A DNA stretch of 64,000 nt from Octopus vulgaris (GCA_951406725.2 OX597821.1:66836001-66900000); one strand, 5' to 3'. Counted from the stretch's first letter, positions 41,714 through 55,894 are shown. Notes: generated by a model not told the origin, from the letters alone. Made by a program: numbers and translations.

Positions 41714-42554
41714 GTGATATCGGTGATGGTGGTATTGGTAGCGGTAGTTTCTCGTGGCGATGGTAGTAGCAAATTTAAGGATTGTTATAACATGATTATT
41801 TGTTTGTGTTATTGTTTTTGAACATCGATTTTTCATGTACTTTAGTAATAGACAAACTATCTTACGGTTTAAAAAACACTGCTATGTCATTGAGCACCCT
41901 TAATAGAGTCCACTCTACAGCATGTACTCAGGCAAGTTAGTATAGTTTCCGTCTGTTGTCCTATGAGCCTTCGTGGTCCTTAAAAATGTCCTAGGTATTG
42001 CCATTCCTTATTTGTGTAAAAGAACGCTTGATTGAAGTGAAATAAGTAGCTAGATAAAAATTGATATTGCTTAGTTCAATTGTTTACCTTTTGGAAATTA
42101 TCATTGAGAAACAGGATATTTTCAACAAGATGAAAGAAACGTCTAACTGCTCTAATGATGAAAGTTATCGACGATGACGCTGGGGAACACATGGATTCAT
42201 GCGACGCTAATTACCGGAATATAAATACCTTAATATACACACCTGCTATCACTCAAATAATACCTTGGAAAAATCTGAAGTAAACATAGTAATGAAATTA
42301 CTAAATGAAATCACCGTAAATGGAAAACAAAACTTGAAGAAAATATCAACACTCTGTGTCGCCATATTGAATGGTTAAGAATGATAATAAAATGTTCGGG
42401 GAATAATAAGATCACACTTCACAAGTTCTTTATGGCAAATGTTCACACCAAGCTCTTGAGAGAAAGCTAATTACTCTAACTCTCGAACTCACGACGCTGA
42501 GCGAAAAACTCGGTTACTTTAGGAAAATTTTTGAACGAATTAGTATAAACCACA

Positions 42555-42760
42555 AATTCATTAACACAACGTTTCGGCTGATGTACTCTCCAGCCTTCAT
42601 CAGGTGTCCTGGAGGAACTATGAACCCGGATTCTCATTCCTATGGTATTTTTCCGATGTTATTATTATTATTGTTATTCAGGTCACTGCTTGGAATCGAA
42701 CTCGGAATCTTGGGGTTAGTATCCGCGCTCTTAATCACTATACCATATACACACGAGCAT
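42555..42760 (-). mobile_element. tRNA-headed SINE-like element carrying a hammerhead
   Basis: Minus: A box TGGTATAGTGATT (42733-42745), B box GAGTTCGATTCC (42692-42703), (AAT)n linker, then a hammerhead. Confidence 0.65.
42564..42607 (-). ncRNA. Minimal type-I hammerhead ribozyme, canonical core
   Basis: ACAC-CTGATGA-A-GGCTG GAGAGTACAT CAGCC-GAAA-CG-TT-GTGT. Palindromic stem III (AACGTT), GUU triplet. Confidence 0.8.
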
Positions 42761-43019
42761 CTTCCATAGTGGTTAAGTGGTTAAGTGTGAGTGTGTATGC
42801 ACATATACATACATACAAAATCATACACACATATAGACATCCAGAAATGTCAAATTATTGCTTTCTCCGCAGAGTGTAAAAAAATTACTTTTTTGCCCTT
42901 ATTTGGGTTTCATCAAATGAGTGTACATCAACTTGAGCAATCCCTTAGAATCAATTTCACAATCTATTTATATATACATCATATCCCGCAGCTCAGGAGA
43001 ACTGGTAACTTGTATATTC

Positions 43020-43160
43020 TTTTCTACTCTAGGCACAGGACCCGAAATTCTGGGGGAGGGGTGCCAGTCGATTAGATCGACCCCAGTGCGCAACTGGTAC
43101 TTAACTTATCGACCCCATAAGACTGAAAGGCAAAGTCGACCTCAGTGGAATTTGAAGTCG
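43020..43160 (-). mobile_element. SINE S2 3' half (alternative tail)
   Basis: GATCGACCCCAGTGCGCAACTGGTACTTAACTTATCGACCCC...GGCAAAGTCGACCTCAGTGGAATTTGAA. Confidence 0.75.
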
Positions 43161-43347
43161 TGAACTTGTATATTATAAGTGTTAAACGCTTTATTTACTA
43201 TTAAAGGCCTTTCAAATGTGAACTCAGGAAACAGGCCATCGGGTTGTGATACATGCGACCTTACAAAGTAGACGTATAAACATATTTTTCAAATGTAACA
43301 AATGACACTGTCGGCTTTTGTTCAACTAATACAACTTTACAGAAGTT

Positions 43348-43408
<61 letters not shown>

Positions 43409-43465
43409 GCGTGTGTATATATATATGAACATATACATGTATACACACATACATATATGAGTGTG

Positions 43466-43505
<40 letters not shown>

Positions 43506-43997
43506 ATATGTTTGTGTATGTGCGTGTGTGTGTGGGGGGTGATTATTGACTCGGTAAAAACTAAATTATAAAGTTGTTTGCGGCGCTGGCCTTCAATACT
43601 GGTTGTAGAAAAACATCGTCGTCGGAATTGTGTCAGATAGTTCATCTGGTGTTCTTTACTTCCAGCCACTCCAAACACTTTTAATTGTAATCTCCTTATT
43701 CCTAGACTAATAATAATTAAACAACCAATCGTTTAATTATATAGGAGAGTTCAAAAATAAGTTCGATAAACACAAATGTCCCCGGGAATGAAGAATCGAT
43801 CGCAACAAAGTCCTGGCCTAATGTCCTTGGTCTGAAAGCGAGATCCAATCTATTAATTAATTCAGAGATTAGAAAAATAGAATTTTTGATAAATATTAAA
43901 ATAAATGTAATTGCAACAATTTCGTTCTGTTGGTCATTACACTATGATTATTTACCAAGAAAATAATAACGATAATCAGCCTCAAAATAACATGGTA

Positions 43998-44078
<81 letters not shown>

Positions 44079-44299
44079 AGTGTGTATTTGTATAAGTATT
44101 TGCGTTGAATTTATATTTCTCTGTATATATATATGTCTGTCTGTCCCTGTCTGTCAGTCAGTCTCTTTCTTTTTCGTCTGTTTGCTTGTTTGTCAGTCTC
44201 TCTCCTCCTTCCATACACACCCTTGTATGTATGCATAAATGCATACATACATAGATATGTATATATACACCCACACATATAATATATATATATGAATAA

Positions 44300-44356
<57 letters not shown>

Positions 44357-44367
44357 GCATAATAGTG

Positions 44368-44700
44368 AAGGAGCATGGCTCAGTGGTTAGCGCATCGATC
44401 TTACGGTCGTGTGGTTGTGAGTTCGATTCCTGGACCGGGCTACACGTTGTGTCCTTGAGCAAGACACTTTATTTTACGTTGCTCCAGTTAACTCAGTTGT
44501 AGAAATCAGTTACGACATCACTGGTGCCAAGCTGTATCGGCCTTTGCGTTTCCCTTGGATAAAATCAGTGGTGTGGAGATGGAAGGTTCGTATGCATGGG
44601 TGACTGCTAGCCTTCCACAAACAACCTTGCCCAGACTTGTCCCCGGAGGATAATTTTGTAGGTGAAATTCCATCGTCATTGACGACTGAAGGGGGTCTCC
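44368..44700 (+). mobile_element. Full-length tRNA-derived SINE S3
   Basis: A box TGGCTCAGTGG, B box GAGTTCGATTCC, GTTGTGTCCTTGAGCAAGACACTTTATTTTACGTTGCTCCAGT core, distinct 3' body. Confidence 0.85.
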
Positions 44701-44829
44701 TATACATAAAGTTATATATATATATATATATATATGTCCCGGGTTGAGTCGGGGTTAACCACAGTAAATAAGGTACTCAATACATAGCAGAGTAAATTAA
44801 TTTACAAAAGAAATCATCAGGAAGCTCAG

Positions 44830-44880
44830 AGCTTCCTGATGATTTCTTTTGAATGAAACAGTTCTAGTCCTGTAGAAGCT
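44830..44880 (+). ncRNA. Type-I hammerhead ribozyme with complete stem III, in a TA-flanked island (44735-44900)
   Basis: AGCTTC-CTGATGA-T TTC TTTT GAA T-GAAA-CAG TTCTAGTC CTG-TA-GAAGCT: 6-bp stem I, ACAG/CTGT stem III, GUA triplet. It overlaps a perfect palindrome at 44805-44851. Confidence 0.8.
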
Positions 44881-44891
44881 TCTTCTATATA

Positions 44892-44935
<44 letters not shown>

Positions 44936-47099
44936 CACATGCAACGGTTGAATTCTCCCTCTCTCCTTGTATACATATATAATATATATATGCATGAATG
45001 TATGTGTACGAGCGTGTGCGTGCGTATGCGTGTGTGTGTGTGTGTGTGTGTATGTGTGTGTGAATAAAAGTTAGATTTTTGCGATCGCGCGTCCTATTAG
45101 TACACGAAAGTTTAAGCCATATGGCGCTACGTCAAGCTGTTATATATATCAAAATAATATATATAACTCTTACAAAATGTGTTGAGGGTCATTTCGTTTC
45201 CTTTGTCCAGCCATCAGTATGCACACACGCATACACGCATGTGTCTCTCTAGCACACGCACTTACACACATACAACACACTCTCATACACCCAAACGCAC
45301 ATACACATACGTGTCCGAAGAAATTAGTTTCTTAAATACCGACATCACCTCTTTAAGCGCAGGAGATAGACTATACGTTAAACGCGTCTCCTACAGCCTA
45401 TGGAATCACAACTGTATGCCATCACGAGCGAGGAATCATCAGAAATAATAGTTTTCCCTCTGGCAGTTGTGCATGATACTCCGAACTCCAAAACGACAAC
45501 AAACACGTTTAAATGGTCTTTATATCTGTTCTGGTTCGAGGAGGTACCTGTGCAGAGAGTTGGTTGTAGTGAATAAAAAAAGACACATATTTAGAAGATA
45601 GTAGTGTATCAGAACAGCTAGTAGTGTCTCAGAACATAAGAAGCCTTACTTTTATAAAATGGGAATCTTCTTCATTACAGATGTTTTTGATTAGAAGTTG
45701 AGGATCCAGCTAGTTTCCCATCCCGATTATTTGTAACCCTTAGCTCTACTGCTGGATAGACTTTCGTCCTCGCTTTATCCATTATTTTAATATATCTTGG
45801 TGTCTGTTATGTCGAGCTTCTTAGCAATAATTTTGACCAGACAACCCAGTTGAGAACACAGTTTTGTTATTGATGATCCTGCCATGTAACGGTTTGTCCT
45901 GGTCGACCTAACGGTAATCGCGTACACCGAAAAGCCGGTATACATCCAATTGGAAGCACACTTACGCATACGGTACTCCAAATATGCAAACATAAGTCAA
46001 ACACACATGCACATAATACAAAGATGTATTAGCGATTTTCCCAAATCACCAGTTTTGATGACTAAAACGACCCACTTCGCATTGTACATAAGTCGCATCG
46101 CAGTCAAAATTAGAATTTTTCTACGAAGTGTTAGAGTAAAATTATCAATAGACAATGAAATCAGCATGGGCTCTAAGCCAGACAGAAACCGCGTTGAAGT
46201 CTGCACAATGAAGTTTACCTTTGATTGTATCACTGTGAGTCTGCATAAAGGTTATATCAAGTCTGCATGTGTCTGTGGAATATTCAGCCATTTCAACAAT
46301 GATTTACTGAGCAGTTATTTCAGTTGCTTGAAGGACTCATGAAGACAAGATCGAAACGAAGGGATGGAGGTATGAGTAGATCATTAGCTTGGACGGCTGT
46401 TAATTTGCGCATCATGTAATTTAGACAACACCGACTGAACAGCAAAGAGAGAAATGAGTACTTCGCGTGAATATTCGATACGATAGTAATGGTAATAACA
46501 TTACTGAAATTAGGTGAAATCTCCTGAACGAGTACTTTTAGCTTATATGCGCACCAGATATGACAGCACTGATTTCATGAACTAGAATCTTAGAAGAGAA
46601 CCATTCCTCGTTCTAGTGAAGATTATGCATAGAATCATATCCCATAAGTTACATTGACAGATATTGTAACCTCTTCTGATCAAAGGAAAGGTACATCATA
46701 TCGCACCAAGAAAGCAATGTCTTTGCAATCCAAGAACTGGTGGTAATACTAAATACATGATCAACAGATGAGAATTAGGCTGGCTGTGGACTTTCACGAC
46801 GTGAAATAAAATGTCGATTGTACCATACCAGTGTGGATAATATCACACACACCATAAATAGCACTAGAAATATATCTGCAAGACACTACATATGATATCG
46901 TCGCTTAAACAGTCTACCAAGGCAATTTCTCGAGGAGTTACACATTTAAATTCTGCAGATACAAAGCTGTCTTCACTCAAACAAAAGAGCTTTGTCATTA
47001 GGCTAGTGACCGGCTAGAATATCTGCCGAACAAAGACATGAAAATAAAAACCAAAGAAACACACACATGTATGCATATATATATATATATATATATATA

Positions 47100-48355
47100 C
47101 ACTACTATTCAAAATTTTAAGCTCACTTAAGTTAATTTTGAAAAAAAAATCAAAATGGAAACAACTGAGAGATTCTGGGGAAATATTTCATTAATATACA
47201 GTTACTTTCATTGGATGAAATAACTCAGCAACTAAACAAAACTGAAAAATCTGAGAAAAAACTCTAAATCTTAGACTCATCGAAATATCTGCCCTTGGCC
47301 TTGATCGCAGCTGAGCATAATCTGGGCATTCTTTCGACCAATGAAAGCAAATATTCGCTGGTTGTCGCATTTTTATTCTGCTTTCCAATTCATCCCACAC
47401 AATTTCTATGGGTATTGTAATCGGGGGATTGGGCTGGCCATTCAATTACAGTCAACATTTTATTATACATTTTCTACTGTAAATAGTTTTTGCATAGGTT
47501 AGAAATATGTTTAGGATCGTTATCTTGCATCAGCCGGAAATTATCACTGATCAGCCTCATCCCGGATGGAATGGCATGATGCTAGAGGATAGAGTGTTAA
47601 CCGTTTTGGTTCAATATTCTTGTTACTCGATGAATATCCTCAACACACACCCGATCATCACACTTCCCTCACCATGCATTACAGTTGGAACTATACACTT
47701 AGGAGTCAGCTGTACACCGATTCTTCACTTCAAATAAATTCTACGCCGAGATCCGAAGATTTCAAACGTTGATTTATCAGCTCAGAGAACTCGTTTCTAT
47801 TGATCAACGGTCCAGGTTTGGTGTTTTCTGGCCCATATGATTCGCTTACGATTGCTCAGAGGTGAAAGCAGTGGTTTTCTGGCCATTTAGACGGGCAGCA
47901 ATGTGACAATGCTTTGTCACTTTTCAAGTGATAAATGACTCGTTTTCCCCATATTCAGGTTGATTTTAAGGAATTTCACTAACTTTACATATTTTTGATA
48001 ACTGAACCTGAAAGAAACAATAAAACAGTTAACGCAGTCATTAAGTGATGTTATCTCAACCGGCAGCACATAAGGATTGGAAATAATCGAAATGTATTGC
48101 AATGTTGCCAAGAAGAGGACGCTAAAATATTTTTGACAACATTCCCAAATAGGTTTGTTGTCAAGAAATAAAATTATTTGCATATAAATTATGTATAAAT
48201 AGTGTTATTCCTTATCGAATATAACCCAAACTTTATGCAGCATGTTATTCCATATTTTTATACAAACAGATTATCTAAATCGATGGCATTGAACTAAAAA
48301 TTCCACTTTGAAACAATTTTTTGTAAGCTTTCTTAAACTTTGTGATAGTAGTATG
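47100..48355 (-). mobile_element. Decayed, internally deleted Tc1 element
   Basis: TA-flanked imperfect TIRs CACTACTATTCAAAATTTTAAG / CTTAAACTTTGTGATAGTAGT. Remnants MGKTSHLS, WTVDQ*KRVL*ADKSTFEIFGS, PTVMHGEGSVMI and PIEIVWDELE. Confidence 0.85.
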
Positions 48356-48361
48356 TATATA

Positions 48362-48399
<38 letters not shown>

Positions 48400-48402
<3 letters not shown>

Positions 48403-48915
48403 TAAATCCTCGAGTATAGTCCGCCCTTGAGTATAATACGCAGGGGATTTTTAGGGGGGTGTACTTCTGAAAAAACCTAAACCTTGTGTATAATACGCAC
48501 CCCTTCTCTAACTTGAGTCAAGGTGATTATTATAACGTCCTTGGTTTGTAAAACTGTATACGGTAATGTCCTTTATTATTATTGTATATATAACATAATG
48601 CAAACGTGTAGCTTTTATGTGCATTTTGTTTGCAGAAAATAAAGAAATAACAGTAATAATGTGTAATAAATGTTGTTTTCTGCAAGTTATGGATGATTCC
48701 TTTATGACTTCATTGCTTTCAGGCTTAGCTTAAGGTATTTTCGCGCCCGACATCACAAAATGATGCGTCTGAATAAACATTGCCGGACAGCAGATAGAGA
48801 CTCAGACATTGCTTAGAAAGTAGTTTTCATTTTTAACCTCGTATATGGAACGCACTAGGGATTTTGACCCTTAAATTTTGGAGAAAAAATGCGGATTATA
48901 CTTGAGAATTTACGG
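48400..48915. mobile_element. pogo/Tigger-type MITE, ~516 bp
   Basis: TA-(T)CGTAAATCCTCGAGTATAGTCCGC ... GCGGATTATACTTGAGAATTTACGG-TA, with internal repeats of GTATAATACGCA. Confidence 0.85.
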
Positions 48916-49472
48916 TACATATGTATGTATATATCTCCCAGCAATTTTGGGGAAGCTGTATTCTTTGGTCGTTATAAAGTGTAAGCTGGAACAAAAGCTC
49001 CGGCAATCTCCCAAATGACTTATGGAACATTTTCACAATTCACTGCTGAACTCTTTAAAGTCATCAAACGAGATATATATATTCTTGCAGTGCTTTTATA
49101 AAACGTATCACTTCTAAGATTTCGAAATGGCTAAACACCAGAGATCTAGTTGCTTAGATAGCTATTGAGTTTATTAACTTTCGCTTGCTTACAGTCCCCC
49201 ACCACTTCTTTTTATCTGTTTCTTTCTTTCCCTGTTGATTTTCACTTGACTCTCATCTCGCTTCACGTAATCAATCTTTCCACAAAATTATTCTCTCGCA
49301 CTTTCTCTCTCTCTCTCTCTGTCTCTTCTTCATTCACTCTCTCAAAAAGCCGGGTCACATGTCACACTGTATAACTATATGTATTTATACAACTCTGTAT
49401 GAAAATAAAAAAGACATACAGTCATACGTGTAAAATTTATATCAGTATACATATTTGCATAGACAAACACAC

Positions 49473-49524
<52 letters not shown>

Positions 49525-49922
49525 ACATACACAGAAACAAACTCGCAAACACACACGTACAAACACGCGTACAAACATATCCACACGCGTATATCGACGA
49601 GCCAAACCTAATCGATACAGCCGATAATGTTGAAATAGAAAATGAAAAATTACTGAAAAAGATCTTTTTAAAAGAGAATGGGAATGAGATGGAGAAAGAA
49701 AACTGTCAATTTAAATACTGTTAAATGTGGCGCAGAATTAATTGAAATACGGAGACATAAAAAGAGCCAAATATCAAGGTTAAATAATGGAAGCGTTTAT
49801 GATGCCATGTGTCAATATATTTGTACGTACATAAACACACACACACACACATATATATACATACACATACATATACACATATATATATCTGTATATATAT
49901 ACCATATATATATGTGTATGTT

Positions 49923-49966
<44 letters not shown>

Positions 49967-50220
49967 CATGCATATTTGTATATTTTTAAATATATATTTG
50001 TAGGTATATATCTTTGCATATATCAGTAATTATGTATACATATATATACCGGAGTGTGTGTGAGTGTGTGTATATTTATATATGCATTTAGGCGTAAGAG
50101 TAACGAGTATGTATGTATGTAGGTATATCTATCTATTTATCTATCTACCTATCTATCTATATGAGATTGGTGCATATGTCTCGGTGTGTATGCATGTGGA
50201 CACATACATGCAATATATAG

Positions 50221-50332
<112 letters not shown>

Positions 50333-51487
50333 TTGTATGTATATGTATATATTATATTTGTATGTATTGTTTGTATATGTATTTGCATATTTACACAAAT
50401 AGATTCATTCCTATCGACAACATATATACATACACTCAAGCATACATACATACACACACACGCGCACATACATACATACATACATACATACATACATACG
50501 TACATACATACATACCTATATACATACATACCACATTTTTCTTTCAGCACTCGCCTGCAATGGTAAGCCCATTTCTTCATAAGCAATTTCACATGCACAC
50601 ATACAAACGCACAGACATACGCACGCACACGTACATACACACACGCATACACACATGTCAACATACTCACACACAAACACACATACACAAATATTTATTT
50701 GTTAATATGTATTTGTTCTTTTAAGCATTACACTCACATATACACAGAAATAATAATATTTTTATACATATATAATTTCATATATATGCATGGTTATAAT
50801 TTGTAATTGACATTTCACATATTAATTCAATGTAATGTAATATACTAAATGATAATTTAATACGCTGTTATATTATATTAAATTTTATTATATTCAGCTA
50901 TATTAATATCTGAAATATAAGCTGCAGTTTTAGCCTCCCTTTACGGAAAGTAGTCTTATTAAATCTTTTATCTCTTCTGAAGAAGATAGAATAAGACTAG
51001 AATCTGTCAAGATAAATATGTACTTTATTTGTAAGCGACGCTGAAATTGTGTTTTTTTTTGTTGTTTTTTTTTTAACAGAGGCCAGCATTCAGCTTCAAA
51101 CAAAATCGTGTACTCTGTTGTAGACTAATAATAAATATCTAATGAAGTCACGTTGTACCGCCAGTCCCTTTATTTAATATGCAGTAACCTGTTTGATGCT
51201 GGCAAGGTTTGCGGTTTGCTTAGTCTATTAATATATGTTACAATCGATTCAATTCGTGGATAAAAGTAGTGAACCATATTTTTTTTTTTTTTTTCTCTCT
51301 GATATACGTTTAAGAACACAAGAAGATAAGTCAACTCGTGTTCTCCCTTTCCTCTTGATAAAACACTTGGTGAAACGAATTTATTTACGTTTTACGATGA
51401 CACAAAACAACAACAACAACAACGACGACGATAACGACGATAATAATAATAATAATAACAATAATAATAATAAAAATAATAATAATA

Positions 51488-52003
51488 AATACCCTGATGC
51501 AGTACCAGGCAGTGGCTCTCATGGCTTCTGATCTTAACTGATTGGAAGTGTTATCGTGTACATTGTTTTGTCTTGGTATAAAAGACGGGCTACAGCAAAT
51601 ATTCTGCTCAATACCACATTTGCATGTCAGTCGTTTGATCTTAACAAGTTGAGCTTGCCCATTAGTAGCTGACGATATGTGCATCTCTGATCACGAGCAG
51701 AAGTAGTGGGCGAGCATCATAACCATGTGTTGAGAGGGATTTCGGGTTTGAATAATTCACCACTGGAAACATAGGTGTTTCGTTCAACATCCTTAAACAA
51801 CCCTTATTCAGGGACCTTTGGAACGGGATGGGTTACTCGTCCAGAAGAAAATTCTAACTGGGCCCCACCTGCAAGGTCATGTGCTGTTTATATTGATATG
51901 AGATTACCATTTCGCGCACATACGGTTGTGATGCATGTTCCTAGTGTACATTTATCAGACGGGTAACCATGATGGGTATACTGGGCTTCGTATATTTTAC
52001 CCC

Positions 52004-52004
<1 letters not shown>
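51488..52004. mobile_element. Family R repeat in (AAT)n, longer 5' part
   Basis: Homologous to 30366-30735 over ~360 bp. AAT tracts on both sides. Confidence 0.8.
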
Positions 52005-52038
<34 letters not shown>

Positions 52039-52368
52039 TAGCGAATAAATTAAAATAACAAAATAAGAGGATGTACATTAAAATGTACCCCTTATTTTTG
52101 AAATGAAACAAATCACAGTTTAGCTGTGAAAGAAGCTTAGCGGATCGAAACAATATTCTCATAGAAAGAATGTGGCCAACAAGCTGCTCATGCGATATCA
52201 ATACATAACAGTTCATGTTCCATGTATTCGTGCTTCGTACTTTTTTGTTGTACACGTTTAATGATATCCTGTGCCCACATATGCATATATATATATATAT
52301 ATATTATTCTACCATTAGTATTTGAGTACTCATTTTTCCACCTTGTTTCACATTTATGTGTTTACTCC

Positions 52369-52430
<62 letters not shown>

Positions 52431-53985
52431 TGGTGCGGAAAATATTCCAGGCAAATTATGTTGGATTCACCTTCAAGATATAACCAAGGTATGGGCCCTG
52501 TGCTATCCGCCCACAGCATAAGTCACACTCACATCACGTAACAACAATACAGCATAATTATCTTACCTCAGTTGGTTCTGCTCTCTTGAACATTACACCA
52601 AAACATATCATACGCAGAAACAGACCTCATAAAGTGCAATAAATCCTCTATGAACCTCCTACACCCGGATATGTCTCCGTAAAAAATAACTCTCTCTTTC
52701 AGTGGGCCATGTTGTCCAAATAGTGATTTGAATAATTTCACTAAGTGGTGCTATTTAGGCATGACCTGGGCCAATACTGGCCGAAACGTATCAAAGCACC
52801 AAAGTAGATATACAGGGTCGAGGCCTCTGTCTGAAACCATTGGAAGGATAACGATAATACACACACACACACACGCACACACACGCACACACACACACAC
52901 ATATATATATATAAATAAATATATATATATATATAGAGAGAGAGAGAGGAGAGAGTGAGATAGAGCGAGAGTCATTCAGACATAAATATATATATATATA
53001 CATATATATATATACATATAAATATACATGCGTACCTAAAAACCTAAATACATACATAGACAAACATACATACATACATACATACACACATGCGTGCATG
53101 CATACATACATGCATATATATATGCAAACATAGAACCATACATACATACATACATGCATGCATACACACATACATGCATACATACATACAGAACTTTCAA
53201 TGTTGCTCTTTTCGTTTAGTTATTCCTAAATTATATTCACAAACATTCAGATCATAGACATATCTCATTTAGCCGTTTTCTCCCCTCCTTTTTCTACACA
53301 AAATAAAATGGGAAAAATTTATAAAATTACAAATCGAAAGTATACGTATATATATGTATATATATGCATCTCTTTTCCTCAGAGAGAGAGACAGTGAGAA
53401 GAGAGAGAGAGAGAAATAGATATCATTTGAGCAAGTGTGAGGAAAAGGACAGAAAATAAAAATAGAAATTTCAAGTTGAACCTAAAAAAGGAAATAACCG
53501 TTTTTATTGAATAGTCTCTGAAACGATTGGGGACATTTACGATCTTCTGGTGAGCTAGAAAAATTATTTCTTGTTCACCTTCCTTATTTTCTTTCAAATA
53601 AAGACATCATTATTTTATAGGAGTTTTTTTTCGTTCGTTTTATTTCTGTCATTAAATCATTTCATTCTTATTTCGTTTAAACTTACACATACATACGCAG
53701 AGATTATTACACGCACATATATATACACGTGAGTGTGATTGTGTGTGTGTATTGCGGCCATCATTTTCGCATCCGTTTTAAAATTTCTGTATCGAAGTCG
53801 CTTTCGCAATCTTTTGTATAACTATTTTATATTTTATGTTCTTTAGATTCATGGTAATTTCAGTTGTTTATGTTATGCTTTGTATTAATATTTTTTTACA
53901 TTTCATTTTATCATTATTATTTAGAATTATTGTTGTTTACCACCTTGCTTTCAATTTTCCTTTTTTCCCCAGATCTTAAATGACA

Positions 53986-54058
<73 letters not shown>

Positions 54059-54221
54059 CATTATTGCTTTCATTATTCATATCAGTTCAAGGCTTGAAAC
54101 AGTAGGTTCAGGAAACTGTCTACTCTAAAAGAGAAAATGACGATATTTGAGGCAGCAAGGACAGAACACTATATTCAACTCTTTCGCCATTTGCGGTTTT
54201 GCTTTTACACACACACACGCA

Positions 54222-54310
<89 letters not shown>

Positions 54311-54392
54311 ACATACGAGAATACGCGTATATATGTTTGTGCGTATATATCTGTGTGCATATATATGTGTATAGATAGATGGTTAGATAGAG

Positions 54393-54458
<66 letters not shown>

Positions 54459-54485
54459 ATAGATAGAAAGATAGAAAATGGATAA

Positions 54486-54560
<75 letters not shown>

Positions 54561-54643
54561 CATATATACATAGATACATACATATGCACAGGCATTTTGG
54601 CTGCACACACAAAAGTAAAGATACAGAAGCTCTTTTAATATAC

Positions 54644-54687
<44 letters not shown>

Positions 54688-55054
54688 CATGCGTATATAC
54701 TCCTGTATATGCGAAAATACGTAAATGCTGTCATAATTGAAAATGCAGACAGATAACTGCCCGTTTGTATTTCGCATAGTATATGTTCATTTAATATGAG
54801 CGTGGATATAACGGTATTTCTGTGCATCTATCTTTTTATAGTGTATATATGCGCACATGTATGCCTATGAGAGAATTTTTATATAATTGAAATGAAATTT
54901 AAATAAATCAATGAGTCTAAAGGAATTTCGTCTGTGTCTGCCGCCATTGTCATCCGTATTTAATCGTCTTTATCGCCTTCATCTTGCTCTTTTCACACTT
55001 TCGTTCCGTTTTTCTTTCTCTCCGGTGGTTTCTCTAACCACTTATATATATAGA

Positions 55055-55263
55055 TCGCCATGTTGATTCGCTAGCTTTTGCACGCATTATTTTTCTTCCT
55101 TGTTTCTCTCCGTGTTTCTTTTCTGTGTATCTTTCTGTTGAAGAGCGTAGGCTCGAAACGTAAAAGACTTGTTTTATTTATATTCCTGAGCGCCATACTA
55201 ATACAATTGTTTGTTTGTATTCCACCTGCCTTCGTCTTTTGTTTATTTTCATAAAGCTCTCCG

Positions 55264-55265
<2 letters not shown>
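55055..55265 (+). mobile_element. Repeat family A (pLTR-like) ending in (TA)n
   Basis: Homologous to 20348-20512 and 11745-11870. Confidence 0.75.
55130..55167 (+). ncRNA. Hammerhead-like motif with A6U core variant
   Basis: TCTTT-CTGTTGA-A-GAGC GTAG GCTC-GAAA-CG-TA-AAAGA. Confidence 0.6.
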
Positions 55266-55328
<63 letters not shown>

Positions 55329-55416
55329 TATATATATGTAGGTACGTGAGTGTATGTGAGTGTGTATATGTGTGCGTGCGCGTATGTTTCTCTCTATATA
55401 CATAATACTTTGTTGC

Positions 55417-55448
<32 letters not shown>

Positions 55449-55466
<18 letters not shown>

Positions 55467-55831
55467 AAACTCAACTTGTGTGTCTGTGTCTGTATCTGTG
55501 TGTATGTCTGTGTGTTTAAATTCCCGGCACATCTCCTCCTAGCCAACAAATCGTAGAACCACAAAAAATGGGTCACTTAAAGTTTAGGCGAATGAAAATT
55601 GAACTGCGCTATTTCTATTCCGAAATTCATCTCGCAAGTGCGAAAATCGATAATGTGTTTGTTTAGGCCTTATCCCATGTATTGAATAGTGAACTTTACT
55701 CAGTCACCTGTTTGACGTAAACTGTGTTCACCACGCAAGCATGCGTAAATTGCATGGAAAATAAAAAAATCAAGATATAAAAATGAATCGGGATGTAGCC
55801 TGGAGGTTTTTTTCGTATTAATATATATAGA

Positions 55832-55894
<63 letters not shown>

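Noticed and set aside
43195-43235. Minus-strand CTGAG...GAAA-GGCC-TT
   Set aside because: No stem II or stem I pairing.
40300-44440. Genuine tRNA genes at A/B-box motifs (40300-40360, 42690-42750, 44370-44435)
   Set aside because: No complete cloverleaf or acceptor stem, and each continues into a SINE-like body.
45780-46400. Possible LINE endonuclease remnant (ADFNAV on minus strand) and the 130-aa ORF
   Set aside because: An isolated motif without other APE motifs in register. The ORF resembles nothing recognisable.
53945-53975. Strong splice acceptor TTTTCCTTTTTTCCCCAG
   Set aside because: It is followed by an (ATT)n tract with no convincing exon or donor.
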